Positions 36,562-44,897 of a stretch of 56,579 nucleotides of DNA are shown here, in pieces. Every line of letters starts with the position of its first letter. The stretch's first letter is position 1. The translations under genes and the position numbers were made by a program. Source of the DNA: Mediterraneibacter gnavus (GTDB lineage: Bacteria; Pseudomonadota; Alphaproteobacteria; RF32; CAG-239); the NCBI GenBank assembly GCA_963617265.1, contig CAVEOB010000004.1:1-56579 (forward strand), in the 5' to 3' direction. The notes under the pieces were generated by a model, which saw only the letters and a program-made list of their open reading frames with translations, was not told where the DNA came from and made no database searches.

Positions 36562-37494
36562 TTATTCAGCACCGGAATTGCGGTTCTTAAAAATTCCCTG
36601 CTCATACCCTTGTATTTCTTTGTTTTTTGCAGCCATTTCCAAGCGTTTAAGCGCCAATGCCACATATTTGCGCTCGCGTTCTATGCCCAAATACCGGCGT
36701 TCTAATTTTTTAGCAACCACCGCCGTAGTTCCAGAACCCAAAAATGGATCAAACACCACATCGCCGGCATTGCTGGAGGCTAATATCAGCTTTGCAATCA
36801 ATTTTTCGGGTTTTTGAGTAGGATGCTCGGTATTTTCCGCCATTGACCAAAAAGGAATCGTGATATCGGTCCAAATATTGGACGGTGCCGTCAAACGGGT
36901 TTTTTCGCCATTTTTTTCCTGCCAGTCTTTAGGTTTTCCCTTACCGTCGCGATATGGTGCCAGCACTTTTTTTTGCATTTTCACCGCGTCCAAATTAAAA
37001 GTATATTCGTCAGACATGGTAAAAAACCATATATCTTCCAAACAATTTTTCCAATTATTAGCGGCGGCACGCCCCTTGTCGCGCTCCCAAGAAATTCGGT
37101 TGCGCAATTTGAAATATTTGCCGGCAACCAGCGGAACTACTATAGAACTCTGCCAATCCGAACAAATATACAAGCTGGCGTTAGGTTTGAGAATCCGCAC
37201 GGTTTTAGACAGCCACTTGTCCAGCCATTTTTTATATTCCGTCAAATCCATTTGATAAAACGTGTTTTTACCAAAATTCTTGGTCAAATTATACGGCGGG
37301 TCGACAATCATCAAATCGGCAAAATTATCCGGCACATGGCGCAGCGCATTAAAAGTATCCTGCCACACAATTTTATCAAGCAAAGCCGACGGCTCTGCCG
37401 CAGCAGAAAGCTTTATAGCTTTTTTAGCGTAGCTGCATTCTTCACGCGGCGACAAAACAATGGTTTTATTACGCGGTGCCGGACTGCCAATCAC
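36562..37494 (-). CDS. Beta-class N6-adenine DNA methyltransferase (CcrM-like, orphan)
   Basis: DPPY (MIVDPPYNL) precedes the AdoMet motif FDPFLGSGTT, which is the beta-class order. No restriction endonuclease gene is adjacent. Its ATG overlaps the HPr stop. Confidence 0.85.
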   Translation of the reverse strand: MIGSPAPRNKTIVLSPREECSYAKKAIKLSAAAEPSALLDKIVWQDTFNALRHVPDNFADLMIVDPPYNLTKNFGKNTFYQMDLTEYKKWLDKWLSKTVRILKPNASLYICSDWQSSIVVPLVAGKYFKLRNRISWERDKGRAAANNWKNCLEDIWFFTMSDEYTFNLDAVKMQKKVLAPYRDGKGKPKDWQEKNGEKTRLTAPSNIWTDITIPFWSMAENTEHPTQKPEKLIAKLILASSNAGDVVFDPFLGSGTTAVVAKKLERRYLGIERERKYVALALKRLEMAAKNKEIQGYEQGIFKNRNSGAE

Positions 37495-37766
37495 TGTTCT
37501 TCACCAAACAAAGAATTAACTAAATCCGAAATATTTTGCACAGCCTGCTCAGCATCAGCTCCGTCAGCTGTAACTTTAATACGGCTGCCTTTGGACGCGG
37601 CAAGCATCATCAGTCCCAAAATTGACGAGCCGTCAACCTTTTGACCGTCTTTTTCAACCGTGACATCAACATCTAAATCAGCAGTGCATTTCACAAAAGC
37701 CGCGGCTGCACGAGCATGCAGACCTTTAAGATTTTTGATTTCTAATTCAACAACCGCTTCGCTCAT
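37491..37766 (-). CDS. ptsH: HPr-family phosphocarrier protein (NPr-like)
   Basis: 91 aa with the His-15 context KGLHARAAA and the Ser-46 region DGSSILGLMML. Confidence 0.85.
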   Translation of the reverse strand: MSEAVVELEIKNLKGLHARAAAAFVKCTADLDVDVTVEKDGQKVDGSSILGLMMLAASKGSRIKVTADGADAEQAVQNISDLVNSLFGEEQ

Positions 37767-38170
37767 TTATTTGCTCCGTTTAAAAGCTGAGAAGCGACAT
37801 TGATATATTTTTTACCGGCTTCCTGCGCGCAAACAACACATTCTTCCAAAGGCATACTTTGCCGCGCCGAGGCTAATTTTATCAGCATCGGAAGATTGGC
37901 ACCGGCTATCACATCAAAATTTCCGTGTCCGATAACCGACATCGCCAAATTAGACGGAGTTCCGCCAAACATATCGGTTAAAAGCAAAACACCCTGCCCG
38001 CAGTCAACACTTTTCGCTTTTTGCAAAATTTCCTGCCGGCGCACTTCCATATCATCTTCGGGACCGATGCAGACACATTCAATATTTTCCTGTTTGCCGA
38101 CAACATGTTCCATTGCCGCCACAAACTCGCTGGCTAAATTGCCATGCGTAACAAAGACCAAACCAATCAT
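37763..38170 (-). CDS. PTS EIIA component, mannose/fructose family
   Basis: MIGLVFVTHGNLA is a typical EIIA-Man N-terminus with the phospho-His. Its ATG at 38170 forms an ATGA overlap with the upstream ORF stop. Confidence 0.8.
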   Translation of the reverse strand: MIGLVFVTHGNLASEFVAAMEHVVGKQENIECVCIGPEDDMEVRRQEILQKAKSVDCGQGVLLLTDMFGGTPSNLAMSVIGHGNFDVIAGANLPMLIKLASARQSMPLEECVVCAQEAGKKYINVASQLLNGANK

Positions 38171-38586
38171 TTTGCTGCTCCGCCAGTCCAAACTTTGATT
38201 GCGCCGAAAGATTTAAGCACTTCATCTTTGCTTTTAGCTTTAAACAGCTCATCGGCACGAGTACGGCGACCGTTAAATTCAATATCTTCAACGTTTTCAA
38301 CCGGCACGCCGTAAACACGCTCAACCATATCCGCCTGCATTTCAACAATCATCACAAATTCGGCTCCGGCAAGCACTTCTTTGGTTTCAGCATCTATATT
38401 GTCCAAAATAATGGAACGGCGCTCATCTCTTTTCAGCAAAGCGGTCTTTTTACCGTCAAATTCCAAAACCGGCTCCTGCGGAGCTCCGTCGCGCGCATCA
38501 ATAAATATAGCCAATTCTCCATATTTATTTTCAATAATTTCAAAGAAATCTTGCTTTTCCATAAGCGTATAATATTGATTTTCCAT
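38167..38586 (-). CDS. Hypothetical protein, first gene of the EIIA-HPr-methyltransferase operon
   Basis: 139-aa ORF translationally coupled (ATGA) to the EIIA gene. It has no P-loop, so it is not the truncated HprK usually found here in Alphaproteobacteria. Confidence 0.5.
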   Translation of the reverse strand: MENQYYTLMEKQDFFEIIENKYGELAIFIDARDGAPQEPVLEFDGKKTALLKRDERRSIILDNIDAETKEVLAGAEFVMIVEMQADMVERVYGVPVENVEDIEFNGRRTRADELFKAKSKDEVLKSFGAIKVWTGGAAK

Positions 38587-38675
38587 AATATATCCTCAAA
38601 ACTTTTGTGAATTTTCTTTAGTTTAATACACTTTTTAAAAAAAGTAAATCGTAACTTTGCCCCTGTTAACGAAAG

Positions 38676-39557
38676 TCAGCGGACTTTGTCATTTTTCTGC
38701 AAAGACTCCCGCAAAAGCTTTTTCATTTCTGCCGAATATGAACGCTTTGGCGCTTTGGGGTTCGAATCCTTGTTTTTTATTTGCGATTTCATTTTAATTT
38801 CGCTCAAACGGGCGGTTTGTCCTGATTTTTGCAGAATCAACTCGGCTGTGGCGTTTTTAGACATATTCTTTTTGCCGATTTTAGCTGCGTCGTCAAAACT
38901 CATGCCTTTAACTTTTTTATTTTTAGTGGTTTCAACAATCCTTTTAACGCCTTTTACCACCTTACCGGTGTTATGTTTGGTAACATGCCCTTTCAGCCCG
39001 ACTTTTTTTGCAACATTTTCTTCAAAAGTCTGTTCACGCAAACGGCGCGGATTATATATTGCGTCCTGTATATGGTTCATATAATCATCGTTAGTCATTT
39101 TAGAAATGCCGGCTTTGCGCGACAAAGTGTCGGCTTGCTGCATGGCGTTGAATTTGCCAGCGTTATCTTCCATTCGGTTATTTTCTATGGTGCTGCGCTG
39201 ACCGATAAAATGTTTTTCTGCCGGAGACAAGGCGTTTAAGAGAGTTGTATCATTATTGGACGCGTCATTAGCGTTCATCTCCAATTCGCGCAGCAGTCTG
39301 AAAACTTCATCGTCAGGAGCGCTGTCATTGTCATCATCTTCATCATACGGATTACGGACTTTTTTGCGCAAGCTCTTCAAAGCCGGCGATAAATCGCCCA
39401 GTTTAGCCTTACCGTTCTTAGCCTGATAGCGGTTCGCCTCTTGGGCGTCTATGCGCAAAGACAAGCGCTCTGAAGGAACAAAGCCCTTTTTATTCCAATC
39501 AAAAGCAGCTTTAGCGGTTTCGCCTTGAGTTTCTGTTTGCGTATCTTCCATTTTCAT
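38676..39557 (-). CDS. Hypothetical highly charged protein
   Basis: 293-aa ORF rich in Lys, Asp, Glu and Asn. No signal peptide and no recognisable domain. Confidence 0.45.
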   Translation of the reverse strand: MKMEDTQTETQGETAKAAFDWNKKGFVPSERLSLRIDAQEANRYQAKNGKAKLGDLSPALKSLRKKVRNPYDEDDDNDSAPDDEVFRLLRELEMNANDASNNDTTLLNALSPAEKHFIGQRSTIENNRMEDNAGKFNAMQQADTLSRKAGISKMTNDDYMNHIQDAIYNPRRLREQTFEENVAKKVGLKGHVTKHNTGKVVKGVKRIVETTKNKKVKGMSFDDAAKIGKKNMSKNATAELILQKSGQTARLSEIKMKSQIKNKDSNPKAPKRSYSAEMKKLLRESLQKNDKVR

Positions 39558-39600
39558 ATCCTCTGCTTATATTTTATATATTCAAGCGCAGATTGCAACC

Positions 39601-41244
39601 CTATTTTACAGTATAGGTCACCATAACCGAACCGTCATAAAAAATCAGCGGCGACACGGTCAAAGTTTTGTCATCGTCACGCAGCAAATTAAAGCGCCGA
39701 CCCGACATAATGTTATCCAGCATACTCTTTTTGAATGCCGTCCAATCGTCTACATTAGAAAAGAACAGTTTTTGCAAACCGATAACTTCTTCTATTTTCG
39801 GCTCGTCCTGCAATTTATCAAAATCCAGCCCCCAAAGCCGCAAGTAGGCGCGGTTGAAAAATTTAAGCCGCTGGTTAGGCGCAAAAATAAGCACCGAATC
39901 GTTCAAATTATCCAAAATATTTTGCTGCATAGACATCAATTCATTTAAGCGCCGCATGGTTGCCAAACGGTCGGAAACATCTTCAAAAGCAAAAATAACT
40001 CCGTTTGGATGCGGCGTGCGCAAACGGCGGATAGTCCGTCCGTCCGGCAAATGCTGCAAATCTTCTTTCGTTTCCAGCAAACCGCCGAACACGCTCATTT
40101 CTTCTTGTTTATAATTTTTGATATCCGGCACCGGCGGCAACATTTTATTTTCTCTGATAGTTTCCAAAAATTGCAGATATGACGGAGTCTTTTCTAAAAA
40201 TTCATTATCCAAATTCCACAGGCTTTTAAACGAAGCATTATAGAAATAGAGCTTTGAGTGATTGTCAAAAATAGCAAATGCCGTGCCCAACGCTCCCAAA
40301 ATTTCCAAGTGGTTGTTTTGATTTACCTTAAAATTGCGCTTAGCTTTTTCCAAAGCCGTGTTATCCACCAAATAGCCGACCGTTCCGACTTTATCCAAGG
40401 TATCTCCGGCATAATACGGATTTTCGCGCAGTTCAAAATTAAATAATTCTCCCGAGCGCACTATTTTCAGATTTTTCTTTTGCATTTTTTTGCTTTTTTG
40501 CGCCGCCGCAGCCAAAGTCAGCGCCACTTTATCGCCTTTGGCGTTGCAAATTTCTACCTGATTATTCAGCACATCTTTTTTAGAGGAGCCGGAAAATTCC
40601 AAATATTTTTTATTAACCGCCAGCAAACGCAGATTATCATCGCGCAGCCACAAAGGATAATCGACTCCGTCAATCATTTGCTCCAAATCGCGGCAGACAT
40701 TTTCCACCTCCGACTTTTCTGCCGAAAGCTCGGATATTTTCAATGTTTCCGCCGACACGTCTCTAAACCAAACAATATCGCAGTATAAATTATTGTCGGC
40801 GCCGTTAATTCTGTTGCCGTAAACGCAAATATTCCGATTGTTTTTGAGACAGAGCATATCCTCAAAGAATCGACCTTCCTGCTGCAGCAAATCTACATAT
40901 TTTTTTAGGATTTTTCCGTCTTCTTTAGCAAAAGAATCTACAACTTCAACAAAAGAAGCCGCGGTTCCGCCGGCTAAATTCAGCATTACAGCCAAACGGC
41001 GCGAACATCTTTCTTTAATTTCTTTTTGCGGATCTTTAACTTTTTGGTCGGGATAGACAAAGCAGAAATAGCCGTCCTTAGCGGCAAACAAAACCTCGTT
41101 GCAGCGCTCTCTGTCGCGGCGGATAAAATAAATTTTGTGCTTATACTTATATATTTTTATCTGCAGGGCGGCAATAATTCCGAGCATTATAAAAACCAAC
41201 AGCAAACTGATAAAAATTATATCTCTAAGCATTTCCGAGTTCAT
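39601..41244 (-). CDS. Membrane-anchored multi-PAS-like sensor protein without recognisable output domain
   Basis: 547 aa. N-terminal TM helix followed by three PAS-like segments (the family call is weak). No HisKA, HATPase, GGDEF or EAL motifs were seen. Confidence 0.5.
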   Translation of the reverse strand: MNSEMLRDIIFISLLLVFIMLGIIAALQIKIYKYKHKIYFIRRDRERCNEVLFAAKDGYFCFVYPDQKVKDPQKEIKERCSRRLAVMLNLAGGTAASFVEVVDSFAKEDGKILKKYVDLLQQEGRFFEDMLCLKNNRNICVYGNRINGADNNLYCDIVWFRDVSAETLKISELSAEKSEVENVCRDLEQMIDGVDYPLWLRDDNLRLLAVNKKYLEFSGSSKKDVLNNQVEICNAKGDKVALTLAAAAQKSKKMQKKNLKIVRSGELFNFELRENPYYAGDTLDKVGTVGYLVDNTALEKAKRNFKVNQNNHLEILGALGTAFAIFDNHSKLYFYNASFKSLWNLDNEFLEKTPSYLQFLETIRENKMLPPVPDIKNYKQEEMSVFGGLLETKEDLQHLPDGRTIRRLRTPHPNGVIFAFEDVSDRLATMRRLNELMSMQQNILDNLNDSVLIFAPNQRLKFFNRAYLRLWGLDFDKLQDEPKIEEVIGLQKLFFSNVDDWTAFKKSMLDNIMSGRRFNLLRDDDKTLTVSPLIFYDGSVMVTYTVK

Positions 41245-41346
41245 TGCAAAATCTTCTTTACAAAAAAAATGTTTGTCTTATTACTTAATTTATAGTAAAT
41301 AAACACAAACAAATAGGCAATTTATTTTTTTTAAAGGTTGATAACT

Positions 41347-42006
41347 ATGTTAACATTGGCTTTTGACACCACGGCGGACAGCTGTTCGATAGCTCTTTTG
41401 CAAGACAATAAGGTTATTGCAAAATTTGTTAAGGATATGGAATTTGGACAAGCTGAAGCCTTGCTGCCGGAAATTCAAAATATTTTGCAAGAAAAAAATC
41501 TTAAATTTGCCGATATAGACCTTTTGGCGGTTTGTATTGGTCCGGGATCTTTTACCGGCGTTCGCTCGTCTTTGGCGGCGGCACGAGCTTTTGGCTTAGC
41601 CTGCCCTAACCTGAAAATTACCGGAGTGTCGGCTTTTGAAGCTTATGCACATTCTTTGGATATGTCGGAACTTTCGGATTATAACGCCGTGATTATTGAA
41701 ACAAAGCGCTCCGACTTTTATTTTCAGCTGTTTAACGGACGCTTAGAAAAACTCTGCGATGCCGAGGCTCTGCCGTATGAAGAAATCATCAGCCGTCTTA
41801 AAGGAAAAACCGTAACTTTAATTGGCAACGGCGTTGAGCGTTTTTTAGACCGCCCGAGCGGGCTGGTTCTGCACGCCATACGCATGGATAAAAATGCTTC
41901 AATCGCCGATTTGGCTGCCTGCGCTATTCAAAAATATAACGCAAAAAAGCTGAATTATCCTAAACCTTTATATTTACGCGCACCTGATGTTTGTGTAAAA
42001 TCTTAA
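41347..42006 (+). CDS. tsaB: tRNA threonylcarbamoyladenosine biosynthesis protein TsaB
   Basis: MLTLAFDTTADSCSIALL and GPGSFTGVRS match TsaB (YeaZ). ATG at 41347; the ORF track begins at an upstream TTG. Confidence 0.85.
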   Translation: MLTLAFDTTADSCSIALLQDNKVIAKFVKDMEFGQAEALLPEIQNILQEKNLKFADIDLLAVCIGPGSFTGVRSSLAAARAFGLACPNLKITGVSAFEAYAHSLDMSELSDYNAVIIETKRSDFYFQLFNGRLEKLCDAEALPYEEIISRLKGKTVTLIGNGVERFLDRPSGLVLHAIRMDKNASIADLAACAIQKYNAKKLNYPKPLYLRAPDVCVKS

Positions 42007-42084
42007 AAATTATATAGATATATTCAAAATAAAAGTGTATCTAAAAAGAAATTGTTTAATTTGTAATTGTAATGTGAGGATAAA

Positions 42085-42366
42085 GTGACTAGATCTGAAT
42101 TAGTTGAAAGAATTGCGGCTAAAATGCCAAACCTGACTTTGAAAGACATTGAAAACATTGTTAATGTCGTGTTCAAAAAGCTTACATCGGCTTTGGCTGA
42201 CGGCGACCGTGTTGAAATCAGAGGTTTCGGCGCATTTTCGGTAAGGACCAGAAATCCGCGCGTTGCTATTAACCCAAAGAATAAAACACGCGTTAACGTG
42301 CCGTCAAAAAATATTGTGCACTTCAAAACAGGCAAAGAACTTCACGACCGTTTGAATGCTGAATAA
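42085..42366 (+). CDS. ihfB: Integration host factor subunit beta
   Basis: 93 aa. MTRSELVERIA...RVEIRGFGAFSVRTRNPRVAINPKN is canonical IHF-beta/HU-family sequence. GTG start. Confidence 0.9.
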   Translation: MTRSELVERIAAKMPNLTLKDIENIVNVVFKKLTSALADGDRVEIRGFGAFSVRTRNPRVAINPKNKTRVNVPSKNIVHFKTGKELHDRLNAE

Positions 42367-42399
42367 TAAAAACTTTTTCTTTTTGCAGGAGGCTGCACC

Positions 42400-42840
42400 A
42401 TGAAACTTTTGCATTATTTAATTGAAATTCCTTTTGTGCTGGCTGCGCTTTGGGGCATTTATAACGCTCAGGTTTCGGAAGACAAGTTTGTGATGTCTCT
42501 TTGGCCGCTGGACAGTGAAATGCATATAAACACCAAGCTTGTTCTGTTTATATTTTTGGCTTACGGCTTTGTTTGGGGAAAAATCAACTCTTGGTTTGGC
42601 GCAGCTCCGGTGAGAAAAGAACTGAAATTACAGCGTAAAACAAACAAGGCGCTGAACAAAGAACAAGAAAAATTAAACGAAACCGTGAGCGGCTTAAAGC
42701 AAAATATTGCCGGTTTGGAACAACAGGCTAAAGCCTCTGCCGAAGCTCAAAAAGCCGAAATCAAAGAGCAAAAAGCTGAAAAAGCCAAAGCTCGCTGGCT
42801 TTTTTTGAAGAATATGTTTTCAAGAAAGGAAAATAAATGA
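42400..42840 (+). CDS. LapA-domain (DUF1049-like) inner-membrane protein
   Basis: Two N-terminal TM helices followed by a Lys/Glu/Gln-rich coiled coil. Lies directly after ihfB, as in many Proteobacteria. Confidence 0.55.
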   Translation: MKLLHYLIEIPFVLAALWGIYNAQVSEDKFVMSLWPLDSEMHINTKLVLFIFLAYGFVWGKINSWFGAAPVRKELKLQRKTNKALNKEQEKLNETVSGLKQNIAGLEQQAKASAEAQKAEIKEQKAEKAKARWLFLKNMFSRKENK

Positions 42841-43691
42841 ACTGGTTGACAGAAATAGTCCGTCCGAAAATCAAAAAGACAACTCCTAAGGAAATTGCCG
42901 ATAATTTATGGGTACGCTGCCCGAATTGCAACCAGATGCTGTTTTCTAAAGAACTGAAAGACTCGCACTATGTTTGCACTTCTTGCGGACATCACTTGCG
43001 TTTGTATGTGGAAAAGCGCTTTAGATTGCTGTTTGACGATGAAAAATATACGTTGGTTGATTTGCCGACAGTGCAAGACGACCCGCTGAAATTTAAAGAT
43101 ATTCAAAAATACAGCGACAGACTGAAAAACAACCGCAAAAAAACCGGATGTGAAGACGCTATTCAAGTTGCCCGCGGCAAAATCGGCAATATTGCCAGCG
43201 TGGTTGCCGCTATGGATTTTTCTTTTATGGGCGGCTCAATGGGTATTGCTGTTGGCGAAGGAATCGTTAAAGCCGCAAAATTAGCGCTTAAAGACAAAGA
43301 ACCGTTGATTACCGTGGCGGCTTCAGGCGGAGCGCGCATGCAGGAAGGTATGCTTTCGCTGATGCAAATGGCTCGCACTACCGCTGCCATTAACGAGCTG
43401 AAGGAAGCAGGAATTCCGTATATTTCTATTTTGACAGACCCGACAACCGGCGGCGTTTCTGCCTCATTTGCTATGCTCGGCGATGTGAATATTGCCGAAA
43501 AAGGCTGCTTAATCGGTTTTGCTGGTCAGCGAGTGATTGAGCAGACAATTCACGAAAAATTGCCGGAAGGTTTCCAACGGGCGGAATATCTGTTGGAACA
43601 TGGTATGGTAGATATGGTGGTTGAACGGGCTAAAATGAAAGAAGAACTGGTAAAAGTTTTGCAGATTTTAACCGCTAATATCAAAAAATAA
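42837..43691 (+). CDS. accD: Acetyl-CoA carboxylase carboxyltransferase subunit beta
   Basis: Zinc ribbon CPNCNQ...CTSCGHH, then the carboxyltransferase core (GGSMG, GGARMQEG). Confidence 0.95.
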   Translation: MNWLTEIVRPKIKKTTPKEIADNLWVRCPNCNQMLFSKELKDSHYVCTSCGHHLRLYVEKRFRLLFDDEKYTLVDLPTVQDDPLKFKDIQKYSDRLKNNRKKTGCEDAIQVARGKIGNIASVVAAMDFSFMGGSMGIAVGEGIVKAAKLALKDKEPLITVAASGGARMQEGMLSLMQMARTTAAINELKEAGIPYISILTDPTTGGVSASFAMLGDVNIAEKGCLIGFAGQRVIEQTIHEKLPEGFQRAEYLLEHGMVDMVVERAKMKEELVKVLQILTANIKK

Positions 43692-43743
43692 AATTTATGG
43701 CAAATTATAAAATTTTCAGGCAGCTTCGGCTGTCTTTTTTTAT

Positions 43744-43772
43744 TTGACAATTTTGTCCAACCATGCTATATA
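43744..43772 (+). promoter_or_regulatory. Sigma-70-like promoter
   Basis: TTGACA, 17-nt spacer, TATATA, upstream of ORF 43817. Confidence 0.55.
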
Positions 43773-43816
43773 TTAAAGTGTTTTAAGTATAATTTTGTTT
43801 AATTTATTATTTGGCT

Positions 43817-44674
43817 ATGAATTTTAAACTATTTGCGGACTCTCAGTTAGTTCTTGTTGAAAACAACGGTAAGTACAATCTCTGCCACATGGATTGCGAT
43901 GACGAAAGCCACATTGAAATCACGCCGCTGGAATTTGCTTCGACAGATTCAGCTCCGCGGGTGGAAGTTGAGTTGGGGTTGATTTTCAGCTCTAACGGCG
44001 TGTACGATTTTGAGGGAAAAAAAGTCTCCGACTTTTCGCACACCAAATTTGCAGTGCACAAAATGCACGGTGAAGACAACTTCTTGATTGTCGACGCGGC
44101 TTGCAGCGAAATTCTTTTGCTGAACGGCAGCAAAATTGTGCTGAATGCCGCCGCCAAAGCAGTCAAGCGCTCTAAGCGCTACATTGCCTTTATTGGCAAT
44201 GGTAAATGGCAACTTTATCGCTACAACGGTTTCAAGCTGTCGTTTGCCGTGCCAATACCGGAAGACAACAAATTGTTTTTAGGCGACAGCTTAGTTGTTT
44301 GCGGCACGCCGGGGAACTATCGCCTGTATTCTCTTTATGACAAAGAGGTGCTGTGCGAAAAGCAAAACCACATTCACTGCAGTCCGACCCAGCATTTTGC
44401 CATTTGCTCGGAGCTCACCGGTAAAAAAGCCAACATTTTCTACAACGGCTATTGGAAGTCGTTTGACAATGTTGAAGAATTCACCATCGTAAACGACACG
44501 CACCGGTTGTTTGCTTTGCGCTGTAACGGCAAGTATTTCGTCTACAACTATGACGGAACACCCGACTACGACCTGGCTAAATTGTATCCCAACGGGATGG
44601 ATTTTGTCTGTTTCAACGATGGCTTGCTGATGGTTATGGACAATGGCAGCACAAACTTCTATTCTCGCGGCTAA
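43817..44674 (+). CDS. Hypothetical protein with WG/KWG-like beta repeats
   Basis: Repeated GK(W/Y)xLYxYxG-like units (GKWQLYRYNG, GNYRLYSLYD, GKYFVYNYDG). A TTGACA-N17-TATATA promoter lies at 43744-43772. Confidence 0.5.
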   Translation: MNFKLFADSQLVLVENNGKYNLCHMDCDDESHIEITPLEFASTDSAPRVEVELGLIFSSNGVYDFEGKKVSDFSHTKFAVHKMHGEDNFLIVDAACSEILLLNGSKIVLNAAAKAVKRSKRYIAFIGNGKWQLYRYNGFKLSFAVPIPEDNKLFLGDSLVVCGTPGNYRLYSLYDKEVLCEKQNHIHCSPTQHFAICSELTGKKANIFYNGYWKSFDNVEEFTIVNDTHRLFALRCNGKYFVYNYDGTPDYDLAKLYPNGMDFVCFNDGLLMVMDNGSTNFYSRG

Positions 44675-44690
44675 ACGAGAATGAACAACA

Positions 44691-44726
44691 AAAAAGGAAT
44701 CGATATTTTTATATCGGTTCTTTTTT
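44691..44726 (+). terminator. Intrinsic terminator after ORF 43817-44674
   Basis: GAATCGATAT-TTTT-ATATCGGTTC followed by T6. Confidence 0.8.
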
Positions 44727-44739
44727 ATTTATACAGTAC

Positions 44740-44776
44740 AAAAAACTCCGATGGATTGGGAACCATCGGAGTTTTT
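44740..44776. terminator. Bidirectional intrinsic terminator
   Basis: A6-CTCCGATGG-ATTGGGAA-CCATCGGAG-T5, about 120 nt beyond the stop of the Cys-rich gene. Confidence 0.8.
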
Positions 44777-44826
44777 GATATAATTAGGATTAGTTGTTTT
44801 GATTTTTGTTTTGCCTTACCTCCTTT

Positions 44827-44881
44827 TTTAAGCGGCTATATTGTTCTAGATCCTCGGCGAATGAGCTAACGCTCAAAGCCA
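44827..44881 (+). repeat. 55-bp repeat, copy 2 (3' flank of the Cys-rich gene)
   Basis: tttaagcggctatattgttctagatcctcggcgaatgagctaacgctcaaagcca, in the same orientation as copy 1. Confidence 0.85.
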
Positions 44882-44897
44882 TGGGGGACAAATTATA

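Noticed and set aside
38623-38638. A CtrA-box-like TTAA-N-TTAA upstream of the EIIA-HPr-methyltransferase operon.
   Set aside because: The spacing is 8 nt rather than the required 7, and the region is AT-rich, so a chance occurrence is likely.
44681-44869. 62-aa + strand ORF between the WG-repeat gene and the Cys-rich gene.
   Set aside because: It spans two intrinsic terminators and the 55-bp repeat, and it has no SD. It is a spurious ORF.
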